Position numbers and translations under genes: made by a program. This document shows positions 25,758-39,801 of a stretch of 64,000 bases of DNA, one piece after another. This DNA is from Octopus vulgaris (lineage: Eukaryota): assembly GCA_951406725.2 (NCBI GenBank), contig OX597821.1:48794001-48858000 (forward strand), given 5' to 3'. Below the pieces are notes generated by a model, which was given only the letters and a program-made list of their open reading frames with translations, searched no databases and was not told the origin of the DNA. How positions within the stretch are numbered: the first letter of the stretch is position 1; each line of letters opens with the position of its first letter.

Positions 25758-26774
25758 ATTGTATGAAAATATTGAACAACACATGGCCTAAAGCATTGGT
25801 TAAAATAAGTAATTTTTGTGTGTGAGAGAGAGAGTGTATGTGCATCAACATTGTTTTAATGTCCATTTTTCTATGCTTGCATAGATCAGATGGAGTTCAT
25901 TGAGGTAGATTTTCTACAGCCAGATGCTCTTTCCTGTTGCCTTCTTTCAGTTTCTGTTTACCAAATCTACTCACAAGGCTTTGGTAAGTTCAAGGTTGTA
26001 GTAGAAGATAGTGGCCCAAAGCAGCACACAGTGGGGCTGAACCTTAAACCGTATGTAGATAGAAAGGGCTGCTCCAGCATTCAGCTAATACTCATTTTCA
26101 GCTGTGTAGATTAAAGCAGTGTGAAATGAAGTGTCTTTTATTGCAGTATTTCTTTTGAAATACATTGCTTTTCTTTCAGTTAATTTAAAAAATAATGAAG
26201 AATTTTCTAAAATAATTTTGTCATTAAGTTGGTGTTTTGAGCTTATGCTCAACATGAAATTTTGACTGAATGTTTTAATTTAGCACACTTCAAAACAGAA
26301 TTTGTATCATAGAATCACGTGCTGCTGTTTCAGACAGGTTGATATTAAAAGGGTTAAAGTACATAATATGTAACCAGTTCAGTTCTAGAATTGAGCCCAC
26401 AATCTGATCACAGGATTAATGTTATATTGATGAGTATGTTGTATCGGGTTTTCATCTTTTCAGACCACTGGTTTTTGTAGTTATGATGCACTACCAATGT
26501 GTTAATCAATTTTGTATTTTATTATTATTTCTTTACTTTTCATTTTTCAATTCTTTGGAAGGAACCACATATCAGATTGTTGTATATCATAACATGTTGC
26601 AATGGTACCTTATTTCTCTCTCTCTTTCACACACACACTCTCTCTCTCTCTCTCTCACACACATACACACATTTAAATAGAGTGTGTTATGACCATTATT
26701 TTTAAAATGCCACATAATATGCTGTTGTCTGTTGAGTTAACATTTATATTTTATTCAATTCCATGAAATGTTAG

Positions 26775-26879
26775 ACTAAAGAAGGTGAAGATGACCTCAA
26801 AAAAGGTACACAGCTTCTTGAAATATATGCTTTAGAAATCCAGATGCACACTGTACAAAAGAATGATAAGAAATTAAAG
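26775..26879 (+). CDS. COPS2: CSN2 coding exon
   Basis: ag|ACT...AAG|gtaag, 105 nt, [35 protein letters not shown]. Confidence 0.96.
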
Positions 26880-27202
26880 GTAAGCCTTTAACACTGCATC
26901 CGTGTTCAAAATATTAAATGTTTTCTTAACAAATCACCACATAAATACAAAAACTATGAAAGGCTGATGCAGGCCACATCATATTGCCTATACTATGAAA
27001 CAAAAATACTCATGGAAACACTACTGGATATACAGGGAGCACAGTTTGTCATTCCAGTTCCTGCTACTAAATATTCAATCAACCTTGATGCCTTAGACAT
27101 ATCTAGAACAACACAAAAAATTATAGTAAGATGTAAACTGACTAGTGACCTTGTTTAGTTACTCAGCATGTTAATCTAAGCTGCAATAGTTTTACAGTTT
27201 AA

Positions 27203-27421
27203 CCCTTTAGTGTTCAGATTATTCTATCAAACATAATGCTTATTGATTCCCATTGATTTGAATTAATCATGCATTATCTCATATCTTCAAGATCTTGATG
27301 GTGTAATTACTTAATGTAGAATAACATTGTAGGGTAGGTGTGAGGGCCTGGATCTGGTCAGTTTGAACATAAAACAGATTAGCTATTTTGGCCGGATATG
27401 GCCGGTTTAAATACTAAAGGG
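27203..27421. mobile_element. piggyBac-type MITE
   Basis: TTAA target duplication, CCCTTTAG TIRs, reverse complement of 10722-10942. Confidence 0.85.
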
Positions 27422-27568
27422 TTAAACTTGTTATTGATAATAAATATTATAAATTTAGCTATATTGTTAAAGTTATCTGTACAAAGAGATTTTAAAAAGT
27501 GTTCATACCAAATTATCAGTTTCTCTATTAATTCTCTATTTTCTTTAATTTCACAAAGTTTAGGCTGA

Positions 27569-27775
<207 letters not shown>

Positions 27776-28398
27776 TGATCAATAAATTACCCAATTTAAA
27801 TCAATTTCATTATACAAAAAGGAAGTCACATGACTTGAATTAAAGTCCTGTCAAAACTATTCTATCAACAAGATCAACGCAAACCAATGAATGTGTCTGC
27901 ACATTGAGACTCAAGCTGCAAGAAATGACAGAAAAGCACTACTATCTTAAAATAGTTTAATGCAGTCATGTAAACACTATAGCTGAAAGTTCAAAAGAGC
28001 TAATGGTCACAACTATAATGTGTTTGATCAGAGGTGGCCTTTTGATAAAAAGATCAGTTATGACCTGTTTGAACATTTAGTACTGTATTGTAGCTAGCTT
28101 GTCCAGTTCAAATACAAGAGACTAAATGTTTTGCTCTGATTTTAGAATAAAAGCAACATGGCTACAACTAGAACTTGTTGATTCAGTAGTTAGCTTCAAC
28201 TACTTCATTACTATATTTGATCTGATCAAGACACTGTAGTCAATCATCTATGACAATAGTTCAATATGCATTGATATAGACAAAATAGCTACAGCTGTTA
28301 GTCACTGGCTCACTACCAACAATGGTCTAGAATCAACTATTTAGAATAATAGATCACTGTGTTTTGAACTACTTGTTAGTGTTTTGTTTCTTTATTAG

Positions 28399-28498
28399 AA
28401 TGTGGTGGCAAAATGCACTTGCGGGAAGGAGAATATGAAAAATCACACACAGACTTCTTTGAAGCATTTAAAAATTATGATGAATCTGGTAACCCCAG
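28399..28498 (+). CDS. COPS2: CSN2 coding exon
   Basis: ag|AA TGT...CCC AG|gtaag, 100 nt, (E)[32 protein letters not shown](R). Confidence 0.96.
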
Positions 28499-29340
28499 GT
28501 AAGGCTCCTTTTCATTTTTACACAGCAGTTGGGCCTAGGTAAGTTCCCAATCATTTTAAAGTTATAATACCACTCTGTGTTCATTCCCAACAGTTCCATT
28601 TACTTGTATAGTCCTTCTAGAATCTATAGTCCCAGTTAGATTGTTTTACTGATGATGTCCAATAAAACTGAAACGTGTCCACAGTTGTCACCTAGTGCCA
28701 GATGTCACTGTATTACACAATGAGTTTTAGCCAAGTCAATTACTCGTATATCCATACCTCTAAATTAAAGAACATGTATCTTCGATAGATGTCATTAATA
28801 AAAATACTGCACATTTATTTACTCATATTTCTTTTGACTCTGACTTCAAATCTTACTAGGGTCGACTTTGCTTTACAGCTTTCCTGAGTCTATGAAATAA
28901 ATACCAAACTTTAATTCCCCCCAAATGCCAGATGTTATACACCATCATGATTTTAAAGTCCACTTTTCATGAGTTTGGAACTTATTGAAACAGTTTTCTA
29001 TGACTCGATACCCCTCTTGTCACCAATTCTCATCTGTTTCCAAGCAACATAATATTTTCTCATGGCCAGACATGATTTTCATGGAAGGCTGGTAACAAAC
29101 AACATTGCCAGTCAGACAGTGACCCAGTTCCACTCAAAAGGCTTTGATTGACCCAAGGTGCCAATCACACACAAGTAAGTTTCTTAACTGCACAATCATG
29201 CCTGTTGTTACAAATGTTGCATTACTGCAGACTGGGCTTTTAGATTTACTTACACTATACTTTTGCAAGAAGCTTTCATTCATGCCCCCCAAAATCCTCA
29301 TTTGCCTGTCAAGTTAATAAAATAACTAGAGACAAATTAG

Positions 29341-29544
<204 letters not shown>

Positions 29545-30377
29545 TAAGTTATTTCTGTTTATATGTGTCTGTGACTGATATTGGTATGGTTTTATCTTAC
29601 ATACAGCTAACCTTGAATTATGTTCTTTAGCCCCAAACTAGCCTTAAATCAGCACACCTATGATGAAATGTGCTTTAGATGTGACTATCTCCTGTTTGTT
29701 TGGGTTTTTTTTTTTGTATTTCTAACAGGGTGTCAGGTGTAATTTAAGGGAGTTTTAACTGCTATTTCTAGCTTATAAAGTAACTGTTTAGAAGTTCTGT
29801 TGTTGATTTGGCCATTGAATGATTGTTTACAAATGTAATTTAATATTTTGCATAAAAGACTAAGCTATTTGCTACAGTGGTGTGTGTATACGGGATGTAT
29901 GTTTATATATATATAGCATCAATGATATCTTAATGTATGTATCTGTGTTACTCTTCTCCAAGAGCTTTTTCAAATACATTTGTCCTTTTATCATTTGAAA
30001 GATAGTAAGTTAGTCTTTCTACAACTTTCAGGAAACCATTGAATCGGTTCTTTAACTCTGGTTTTCAGAGTGTTAAGTGATAATGAATGCATCAGCTCTT
30101 GGATAGAAAATGCTAGTTTATCATACTTTCACTTTTCCCTCATCTAACTAGTGAGTAAACTGTTACACTTTGCAATTAGAATCACAAAAATACACCTGTA
30201 CTAGACTTGAACTCAGAACCAGTAAATGAAGTTGGTTCCAATAACATTTCCACTCAACAATTTTGATCTCTTCATGCATTACTGATAGCAGCAATTGTTC
30301 CCTTTATCAGTGACTATTGCTAATGGCAATGTTAACTTCTCCAAGACCCCTATGAAACAACTTGCTTTTATACCCTG

Positions 30378-30573
30378 CTATATGACAGAGGTGAACTGAG
30401 TACTGTAGGTGGTATAGTTGACAGAGGTGAGCTAGCTAAGGTAGATGGAGATGAAGTATACCACCTCACCCTCCCCAATTCATCTCTCTAAACACAGCAG
30501 TTTGTTTTGTTGGTACCATGGGTAGTATAGTTTACAAGGTAGAGCTATACCCAAGTTCACCTCTATCTATAAG
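30378..30573. mobile_element. Small inverted-repeat element (MITE-like)
   Basis: TATATGACAGAGGTGAACTGAGTA ... TACCCAAGTTCACCTCTATCTATA imperfect TIRs. Confidence 0.5.
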
Positions 30574-30918
30574 CAGTGGCCACACTTTGTTTAGCAATTT
30601 ACAGTTCTAATTTTCCTGCAGGAAAACTTATCTCTGATTGCCCAATTTCCTGTCCTAGCAGATATGTGTCTCTCAGTTGCTTAGTGCTACAGTCACTGAA
30701 GTTGCCCACTGTTATATGTAAAGAATTAACCAACAAATTGCTTTTTCACTTGGTGAAATTATAAACTCCACAGAGGTTTTATACTAACCAACAGACATTA
30801 CCAGATTCCTTTTTTTTTTTTGAAGTATAAATATTAATTACTACCTACTAATATTAATTAAGCATTGTTGCCTGTTGTATTGAAATTCATTTAATCTTTG
30901 TTTTCTGGTGGTGTTTAG

Positions 30919-31016
30919 TGCTTATCAAAACAATGATATTGATGAATTTGAGAAAATTCTCCAAAGGAACAACAAAAATATCATGGAGGACCCATTTATT
31001 CGCGAACATATTGAAG
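30919..31016 (+). CDS. COPS2: CSN2 coding exon
   Basis: ag|T GCT...GAA G|gtagg, 98 nt, [32 protein letters not shown](D). Confidence 0.96.
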
Positions 31017-32837
31017 GTAGGTGGCTGTTGATTCATTCATAAACCACAAAGGTCTCAAAGGAAATAACTGAAATTGCTATAAAGTTTTAACACTTTATTC
31101 TTTAAGGACTCTAACAATATAAATCAGTTGATTTATTCATAAAGTTCAAAAGTCTCAAAGGAAATAACTATAAATATTTGGAAATCATAGTTAATGTTAC
31201 CAATAAAAGTATTGACTGAAGATGTGTTTGCTGGAAATTTAAGTAACACCAGCTTAGTCTTGAATGCTGTTTTAACTGCTGGTATTTTAAATGAAATACA
31301 AGTTACTGTTCCACCAAAGAAACAAAGTAACAGATTGAAAGATAAATATCTTATGTTCTTGAACAATGGTGAATTATTGGTAGAATTCCAAATTTCTTGC
31401 TCTTACGAGACTGTATTTTAACATTGAGGAAACCCTTAAATCATTTAGTGTTGTAGGAAATTTAACACCTTTCTTGTGTAGTGTAGTCTTAAAACCCTTA
31501 AATATACAACATTGACTGTCTACTACACAACTATAGAATATCCGTCTTGTGTGGGCTAGCTATTCACATATCTCTTGATTGTCTTCAATGATATACACAT
31601 ATATAGAACTGGTTGTCTCAAAACCCTATAATAGTAATAACCCTTACCTGTTGGCCGACGTTGGTCCTTTCAGGAGAGATGTTGACAACAAAGATGAAAG
31701 AGATAGAAATATTTGATGACAGACCTCCTCCATCATATGGACACCAACAGATATAGACGATTTCATAATGACTCAGGATGTTGAGCCTCATGGAGGAGAT
31801 GACAAAGGACAGAGATGATTGTTTATTTGGTGTGCTCAAGAAAACCCCTCCATCTAAGCAAAAATGTGACATGTTGCTTATGTCTATGCCCCTGCACCCA
31901 ATCTGCCCTCGATGAACCTATCCCCCTCCATAACTCATCTTCCCAACACCCACCCCTCCATCACTCTTCTGACTATGACACTACTCACTCAGCTGCTATA
32001 ATTACGAGAGCGGAATTACATATATTTCATCCCATAGTGCTCATCTTCTTAGAGCCACTTCTTTTTTCTCAGTATCATCCCTTCCTGTACACTCCTCATT
32101 TTACTAAAGCAGCCCTCTTTTCTCCTCATTACCTATTTGTCTCTCATCATTTCCATCCTCACGTACTTCTGACTTTGTCTCTGGTGCTGAGCCACCTATT
32201 TACCTCCCTAATCCACACCTTTTTTTCCTTCACTTTCCCCTCCAACAGATACTAATGGTTGGCTTTGCTTCCACCCATATTCACCACTCACTGCATTGCC
32301 CTCTGTCCAGCAGCTACTTGTTTCTCACACTCTTGCAAACTTACTTATCCACCTTTACCATGTCTTTTATATTTCCTTTTTGTAATTTGCGAGTATGCCC
32401 TGACACCACCATCCTCCTTTTCTTCCAACTTGGGCAACCATATGTCTCCCCCTGCAGCAAGATGCCTGTTTTTGTCCTCCTTTCATACTTTAGCATGAAC
32501 TCCAGTAAAATCAACCATAAACTGTACCAGTTCTACCTTTTACTCCTCTACTGTATGGTCTAGAATGGACATTAAACTATATACTTACATATCCCTAGTC
32601 ACAAATCACTTCTAAATATTCAGTCAGTCAACAGTGGAGCTTCATAGCATGCTGCTTTATTTAAAACATTAAGATTTGTGCATGTGTATATATGTACACA
32701 CATGCACTCAGACCTGTTTATTTACACAAACACACACACACATATTTGATATGTATGTATATTCACACACATACACACATATATATATATATATGGACGT
32801 TAAACGATGATGATGATGATGATGATGATATATATAT

Positions 32838-33091
32838 ATAATACAAATAAGAAAATGAAAAAACAAAATTAGTTTGTTTATCAACTTTCGGATATTAGAA
32901 TGTTGGATTATTTATTCATTTAACAAAATGAGAACATCAATAGCATACATATATATCTTATAATTCAACACATATAAGATATAAGATAAGAATACAAATT
33001 ATAAATTATAAAAGTCATAATATACATTAATGAAATCGTTAAAATTGATGAACAAACTAATTTTGTTTCTCCATTTTCTTATTTGTATTAT
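32838..33091. mobile_element. AT-rich element with ~50-bp inverted ends
   Basis: ATAATACAAATAAGAAAATG..AAACAAAATTAGTTTGTT recurs as its reverse complement at 33045-33091. Confidence 0.7.
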
Positions 33092-33267
33092 AAATTTACA
33101 GTAAAAATATTTCTTTACCTTCACCCATTTAATGCATTAAATGAGTTAATTGCATTGCAATTAAAAATATTTATGTATTAAGAATCTGGGTGCTGCATCA
33201 ACAGTATATTCGATAAATGCTATCCCATAGTGGGTTACACCCATAACCCCTATCTTACTTTGTACTA

Positions 33268-33985
<718 letters not shown>

Positions 33986-34704
33986 TAAGCGAATTTGGTA
34001 AACTATTTCATCATCATCATCATCATTTAGCGTCCGTTTTCCATGCTAATAATCAGATATCAATAAATTCAAACAGAATTAACATCTAAGGTAATTCTTT
34101 ATGTATGACAAAGTTATCGTTCTTGTGATATATATATACATTTTAAAGTCTATGAGAATTATTTAATACAGTTTTGAAGTTTAAAAGTGATTTTTAAAAA
34201 AAATATTATTTAAAAAACAAAATGTTATGGAATCTGATATTGGGATGTTACTAACCTCTTTTGGGAAGAAGTTTTTTTCTGGTGTGTGAGTGCTTTCGTT
34301 TAGACACACACACATAAACACACAGATGGAGACATCACTGCGTGCTTAAGCAGCTTGCTTCCCAAACTTGTGATCCTGGGTTCAGTCCTACTGGACAGCA
34401 TCTTAGACAAGTGTTTTCCCCTCAAAAGACTTGTGAGTGGATTTGTAGACAGAAACTGAAAGAAGCTCATCTGTTTGTGAATGTGCCCATGCCTAGGTAT
34501 CTCACGATGGTTGTCAACAAACATCACCATCATATAAAGTTGTTCATTTCCAGTCTTCTATGAGAAACATATCTAGTTATGGAAAACAGGTGAGAGTTGG
34601 CTACAGTAAGAGTACCCAGATATGATGTTACATATATATATATATATATACCAGAGTAAGCACATAAATGAAACAAGATGGAAAAAAGAGTACTCAAATA
34701 CCAG

Positions 34705-35043
34705 AGGTAGAGTAAAGACCCCCTTCGGTCATGAGTGACCATGGGTTTGCACCTAGAGAGTTACCCTCTGAGGCACAAGTCTGGGCAAGGTTGTTTTTAT
34801 GGAAGACCAGTAGTCGCCCATGTATACCAGCCTTCCCTCTCCACGCCACCAGTGTTATCCAAGGGAAAGACAAAGGTCGATACAGCTTGGCACCTGTGAC
34901 ATCGCAACCCATTTCTACAGCTGAGTGAACTGGAGCAATGTGAAATAAAGTGTCTTGCTCAAGAACACAACATGCAGCCCAGTCCGGGATTCGAGCTCAC
35001 AACCTCACGATTGTAAGCTTGACGCTCTAACCACTGAGCCATA
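34705..35043 (-). mobile_element. tRNA-derived SINE
   Basis: Minus strand TGGCTCAGTGGTTAGAGC (A box)...GCTCGAATCCC (B box)...CTTGAGCAAGACACTT central domain. Confidence 0.8.
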
Positions 35044-35121
35044 GAGTAATATGCTTTATTTAAAAGTAGCAGAAATATAACAAACGCTGTTACTAGGAAA
35101 TATAAGGACACAGGAAATGTG

Positions 35122-35668
35122 TCCCCTTTGCAAATATAAGGACACAGGAAATGTGTCAAAGCCGACAGGAAGCGTCGATGCTTCCTAGGGTTAAATAGCG
35201 ATGGTGTGATTCCCTTTACGGGACTGTCACGTTGTGTTGAGAGTATACAACCACTATATCGCCCCAACACCGCTCATGTCTCTCTGAGACATTTAGAAAT
35301 TCAATATTTCTAATTTTGGTAACCAGTGAATAAATTTCACTGAAAATATTATATATTTGCAAAGCGGTCGCAGCCATCTCAGCTAGCAGGACTTGCTACC
35401 CTGGACTGATGACGGGCAAGACCCAGAAACATGTCTCCAGGTGCTAATCCTAGCTGGTGGGGGTGCTTGCCTCCCCTTTGCAAATATAAGGACACGGGAA
35501 ATGTGTCAAAGCTGACAGAAAGTGTTGGTTCTTCCTAGGCCTAAATAGCAGTGGTGTGATTCCCTTTACGGGACTGTCACGTTGTGTTGACAGCATACAA
35601 CCACTATATCATACCACCACTGCTTATGTCTCTGTGAGACATTTAGAAATTCAATATTTCTAATTTTG
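35122..35668 (+). mobile_element. Retrozyme-like tandem repeat (350-nt period, ~1.6 copies) containing a hammerhead ribozyme
   Basis: 35122-35318 recurs at 35472-35668; an HHR lies in the spacer. Confidence 0.7.
35400..35441 (+). ncRNA. Minimal type I hammerhead ribozyme
   Basis: CCTGGA-CTGATGA-CGGG caaga CCCA-GAAA-CATGTC-TCCAGG; 6-bp stem I, intact core, palindromic stem III ACATGT, GUC cleavage triplet. Confidence 0.85.
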
Positions 35669-35947
35669 TATAAATATATTTATATGTATATGTATACATG
35701 TGTATATATATATATATTTGTATGTATGTTTATATATATGTGTCTGTGTATTTTATATATAGTAGATACATGTATATATATATATAATATATATGTGATT
35801 CACAAATATATGTATATATAAAGATATATATATACGCATGCATATATAGATACGTACATCTAACATAAGTATAAAGTTTTCCCAAAAAATCTTGTCTGTG
35901 GCCAGTATATTAAAAATACCTTCTAAGGTGAAAATTCTAAATACATC

Positions 35948-36131
35948 AGGTGGCACGTAAAAAGCACCCACTACACTCATGGAGTGGTTGGCGTTAGGAA
36001 GGGCATCCAGCTGTAGAAACATTGCCAGATAAGACTGGAGCCTGGTGCAGCCTTCTGGCTTCCCAGATCCCCGGTCGAACCGTCCAACCCATGCTAGCAT
36101 GGAGAACGGACGTTAAACGATGATGATGATG
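35948..36131 (+). mobile_element. RTE 3' tail copy in the opposite orientation
   Basis: Ends GGACGTTAAACGATGATGATGATG. Confidence 0.85.
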
Positions 36132-36632
36132 AATCATGAATAAGGGCAAAAGAAAACGATTTTGTTTTCCAGTGTGCTGAGGAATAGATGCCAGATCATC
36201 TAACCGCATACATTATTTCTGCTATAATTACACTGCATGTCGAAATGAGGAACTCAAGCTAACAGAAATTCATAGAATTTTAGTTACCCTTCCTTCATCA
36301 GCAAACAACAATATAAAAATAAATGCAATACTTATACATACTCACTGAAAAAGCAGCTGCAAGGTCATGAGCACATGTAAATAACCCTGATATGTCCAAG
36401 TAGAAATTCTGCAGCAAACCTTGCCACACGTGTAGCTTGTCAGGAGACATAAAGTGGTTACCAGTCCCGATATGAATGGTAATAAATTTACTTCTAATTC
36501 AAGGATAAAATTTTTCGATATGCAGTGTAATTATAGAGGTGTTGTGTGTGGTTGGCCGATTTGGCATCCACTTTTTAGCATGTTAGCAAGGAAAATTTTT
36601 CTTTTGCCCCTATTTATAATTGTATTTATACA

Positions 36633-37035
36633 TAGGCGCAGGAGTGGGTGTGTGGTAAGTAGCTTGCTAACCAACCACATGGTTCCGGGTTCAATCCCAC
36701 TGCGTGGCACCTTCGGCAAGTGTCTTCTGCTATAGCCTCAGGCCGACCAAAGCCTTGTGAGTGGATTTGGTAGACGGAAACTGAAAGAAGCCTGTCGTAT
36801 ATATGTATATATATATATATATGCGTGTGTGTGTTGGTGTGTCTGTGTTTGTCCCCCTAGCATTGCTTGACAACCAATGCTGGTGTGTTTACGTCCCCGT
36901 CACTTAGCGGTTTGGCAAAAGAGACCGATAGAATAAGTACTGGGCTAACAAAGAATAAGTCCCGGGGTCGATATGCTCGACTAGAAGCGGTGCTCCAGCA
37001 TGGCCACAGTCAAATGACTGAAACAAGTAAAAGAG
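36633..37035 (+). mobile_element. tRNA-derived SINE with internal (TA)/(TG) microsatellite
   Basis: GTGTGGTAAG...GGTTCAATCCC B box; reverse copy at 56800-57165; decayed copy ~34330-34600. Confidence 0.85.
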
Positions 37036-37639
37036 TATATGTGTGTGTGTGTGTGTATATATATATGTATATGTGTAAATGCATATCCACATATTTCATA
37101 TTTTTCTCTAAAATAATTCTTTCTTGTTTGCTCTGTTCCCTAAAATGACTGTCTCTTGTCTGTGGTGCACTTACCTTTTCCCGCCGCCCTCTCCACCAAC
37201 ACCGGAAATCTCATTTCTCTTACCGGACATCCAGTTGCCCTTCCCTCCCTCTCCTCTTATATCGGTGGTCTGGTTGCCTTTTCCTCTTCCTCTTACCTCC
37301 TCTCAGGACTAACTATACCAGATAGAAGCCCACTTACTCTCTCTCTCTCTCTTTTTGTTTATACATTTATATCTGCAGCATCAGTAATGCTTACATCCAC
37401 GATGCTCATAATGCTTATATTTACAATGCCCCAAACACTTTCACATACAATGCTCCCTTACCCCCCCCCCCCTCCCAGTAGAGGCAACAGCCTTAACAAT
37501 TCAAACATGTTTCAATGACGGCAGGTTAAAGGCAAGAACAACTATTATGACTTCTGTTACCAAATGATCACAGGAACCTTCTTTTCAGATGCTGAATAAC
37601 ATCTCTCCTTCCTGTGTTACCTCATATCTCTTTCCCAGT

Positions 37640-38110
37640 TTTCAGAGTTGGCACTGTAAATGTAGGCTCATTGAAAGGTAGGTCTAGTGAGTTTATAGAG
37701 GTGTTTGAATGGAAACGTGCTGTTGTGTACAAGAGGTAAGGTGGAGAGGAGCTTCAGCCAGAGTCCTCGCAGGCAAAGCTCATAGGTATAAACTCTTCTG
37801 GGAAGGTAATAGTGATGGAATATTGGAGTGTGGACATACTTCTTGCAGAGAAATGGGTGGATAAGGTCATAGAGATAGTGAGGGTGTACTTAAACTCAGG
37901 CTTGTCTTCCAGAATGGTGTAGCTACAATTATCTCTGCCTATGCCCACATGCAGGCCTACCAAATGAACAAAAAGATCACTTTAATGATATTCTTCTGCA
38001 GGCTACCTGAAAGATGAGTGACAATGATCTCATATTTGTGGCTGGAGATTTTAATGGGCATGTCGGACAGCAGCCTGGTATCTGCCATGGTGTTGGTACC
38101 AGAAATGAAG
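37640..38110 (+). mobile_element. RTE LINE AP-endonuclease fragment
   Basis: GTVNVGSLKGR...QEVRWRG...SAYAH...AGDFNGHVG...GTRNEE. Confidence 0.8.
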
Positions 38111-38723
38111 AGAGAATAACATTTTTTGTCTCCATGAGGGCCTTTATGTATTTTCAAAATACTGGTAGAATAGCCCCTTTTATCCTCAAGTTGGCCTCTA
38201 TGTCTTTCATAATCCCAAACTTGAATAGTCATCGAAATAAGTTTAATTAGCTGGGAACCACCTTTAACCCTTACACATAAATAGTCACCCCACAAACCCA
38301 CCCGCCCTCCAAATTCCATAATAATTTACTTGCAACTACATAGAGCCCTTTCTAGCACTAAGAACTTCGTAAACTCTAGTAATAATATAAGTCTTAGCCA
38401 TAATACAATTTTAAACCACCCTTCCGAGTCCAATATTCGTATGAGTTAGCTCCCTTTTCACCTTAATTTAGAGTTACACCCCTTCATTTACACCGCTGGT
38501 GACTATAAACAAATTTAATAAACACATGCGATAAAATGCGCTTAACCGACCTCCGAAACCCGCACCTAAATAATATTCACCCCACTCTAATTGCCCAACG
38601 AAACTAACAAGTCTATTGCAATGAAACCTCTCCCCAGCGAAATTGCCAGTGCAGGAACAAAATTTAATGTAAGACTTACTATCTTTCCTTCTATTACCAT
38701 CACATATGTACCAATTATTTTCA

Positions 38724-38772
38724 CATTCTGAAGAGATTTACTAAAACTAGTAAATTGAAACTATCGTAAATG
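38724..38772 (+). ncRNA. Minimal type I hammerhead ribozyme
   Basis: CATT-CTGAAGA-GATTTACTA aaac TAGTAAATT-GAAA-C tatc GTA-AATG; 9-bp stem II, GUA triplet. Confidence 0.75.
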
Positions 38773-38814
38773 CTACCTTCATCTTTGCTTCCTTCTTCTT
38801 TGTTTACTAATTAA

Positions 38815-39090
38815 ATATATATATATATATATATAAATATGTATGTATATATATATATGATGTTTATATGTATGTATATATATATATATATGTATGTATA
38901 CATATGTATATATATATGTATGTATACATATGTATATATATAATGTATGTATACATATGTATATATATATGTATGTATACATATGTATATATATAATGTA
39001 TGTATACATATGTATATATATAATGTATATATACATATGTATATATATAATGCATATATATATATTTACATATGTATATATTTATATATA
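38815..39090. repeat. Compound (TA)/(TATG) micro/minisatellite
   Basis: ATGTATGTATACATATGTATATAT units. Confidence 0.9.
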
Positions 39091-39546
39091 TTTTTTATTT
39101 ATATACTTTTGTTTTAAAGTGAAAGATGTATGTACGTGTCTATGAAATGGATGTGTGTGTGTGTGTGGAAGAGAAAGCAGGAGAGAGAGTGAGTGAAGGG
39201 TTGTGTTGTCATGTATACGTACATACGTCAATACATATGTGTACATCTTTTTTGTTGCCTTAGAAACAAGTCTGTATTGCCTTGTAATAAATGTACATTA
39301 TTTTGAAAAGGTAGTATGGCAGAACTAGTTGAAACTATATGTAACACCTTGCAGTATATACTTCTATACTTTTGCATTCTGTATTTTTCAAATCTTGTAG
39401 TGTTTTGTCTTTCATTCTACCCAGAGTTGATGATAAAGTATCATCAATATATTCCATTGAGTATTCTACAATTTATCCCCTACTAATATGTGCTCTTGTA
39501 AAAAACTTAGAAATCTTTAATTCTCTATTTTATTTTATATTTTCAG

Positions 39547-39605
39547 GAACTGAATATCATGCCACAAGAAGTTGAAAGTTTATTGGTGTCTTGTATTCTG
39601 GATCA
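39547..39605 (+). CDS. COPS2: CSN2 coding exon
   Basis: ag|GAA...GAT CA|gtaag, 59 nt, ELNIMPQEVESLLVSCILD(H). Confidence 0.95.
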
Positions 39606-39801
39606 GTAAGTTTCTATTATTTGTAGACATTCTTGATCTTATTTCAGTAAACCCTTGAACAAATAGATCCTATGATTGAAGCAGCATATTGACTGGAGCG
39701 TCAAATCACTGGATCTTTGGTCCCAAAGTAATAAACCAGAGTTGTAAACAGGTTATCCACCACACAATGCACTGATTACAGAGCTTTTATACAGTTATTC
39801 A

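Noticed and set aside
31205-31260. CTGAAGA...GGAAAT...GTA hammerhead-like spacing
   Set aside because: Stems I and II do not pair convincingly.
34970-35043. tRNA-like sequence (also 36633 and 56170)
   Set aside because: Runs into SINE bodies and lacks a proper acceptor stem; SINE heads.
36265-36305. Minus-strand CTGATGA (also + strand at 329, 24866, 44513, 46460)
   Set aside because: No correctly placed GAAA and stems; the heptamer is expected by chance.
38779-39145. Y/I/H/M-rich ORFs (also 55082-55659, 57402-57661, 58887-59311)
   Set aside because: Translations of microsatellites, not genes.
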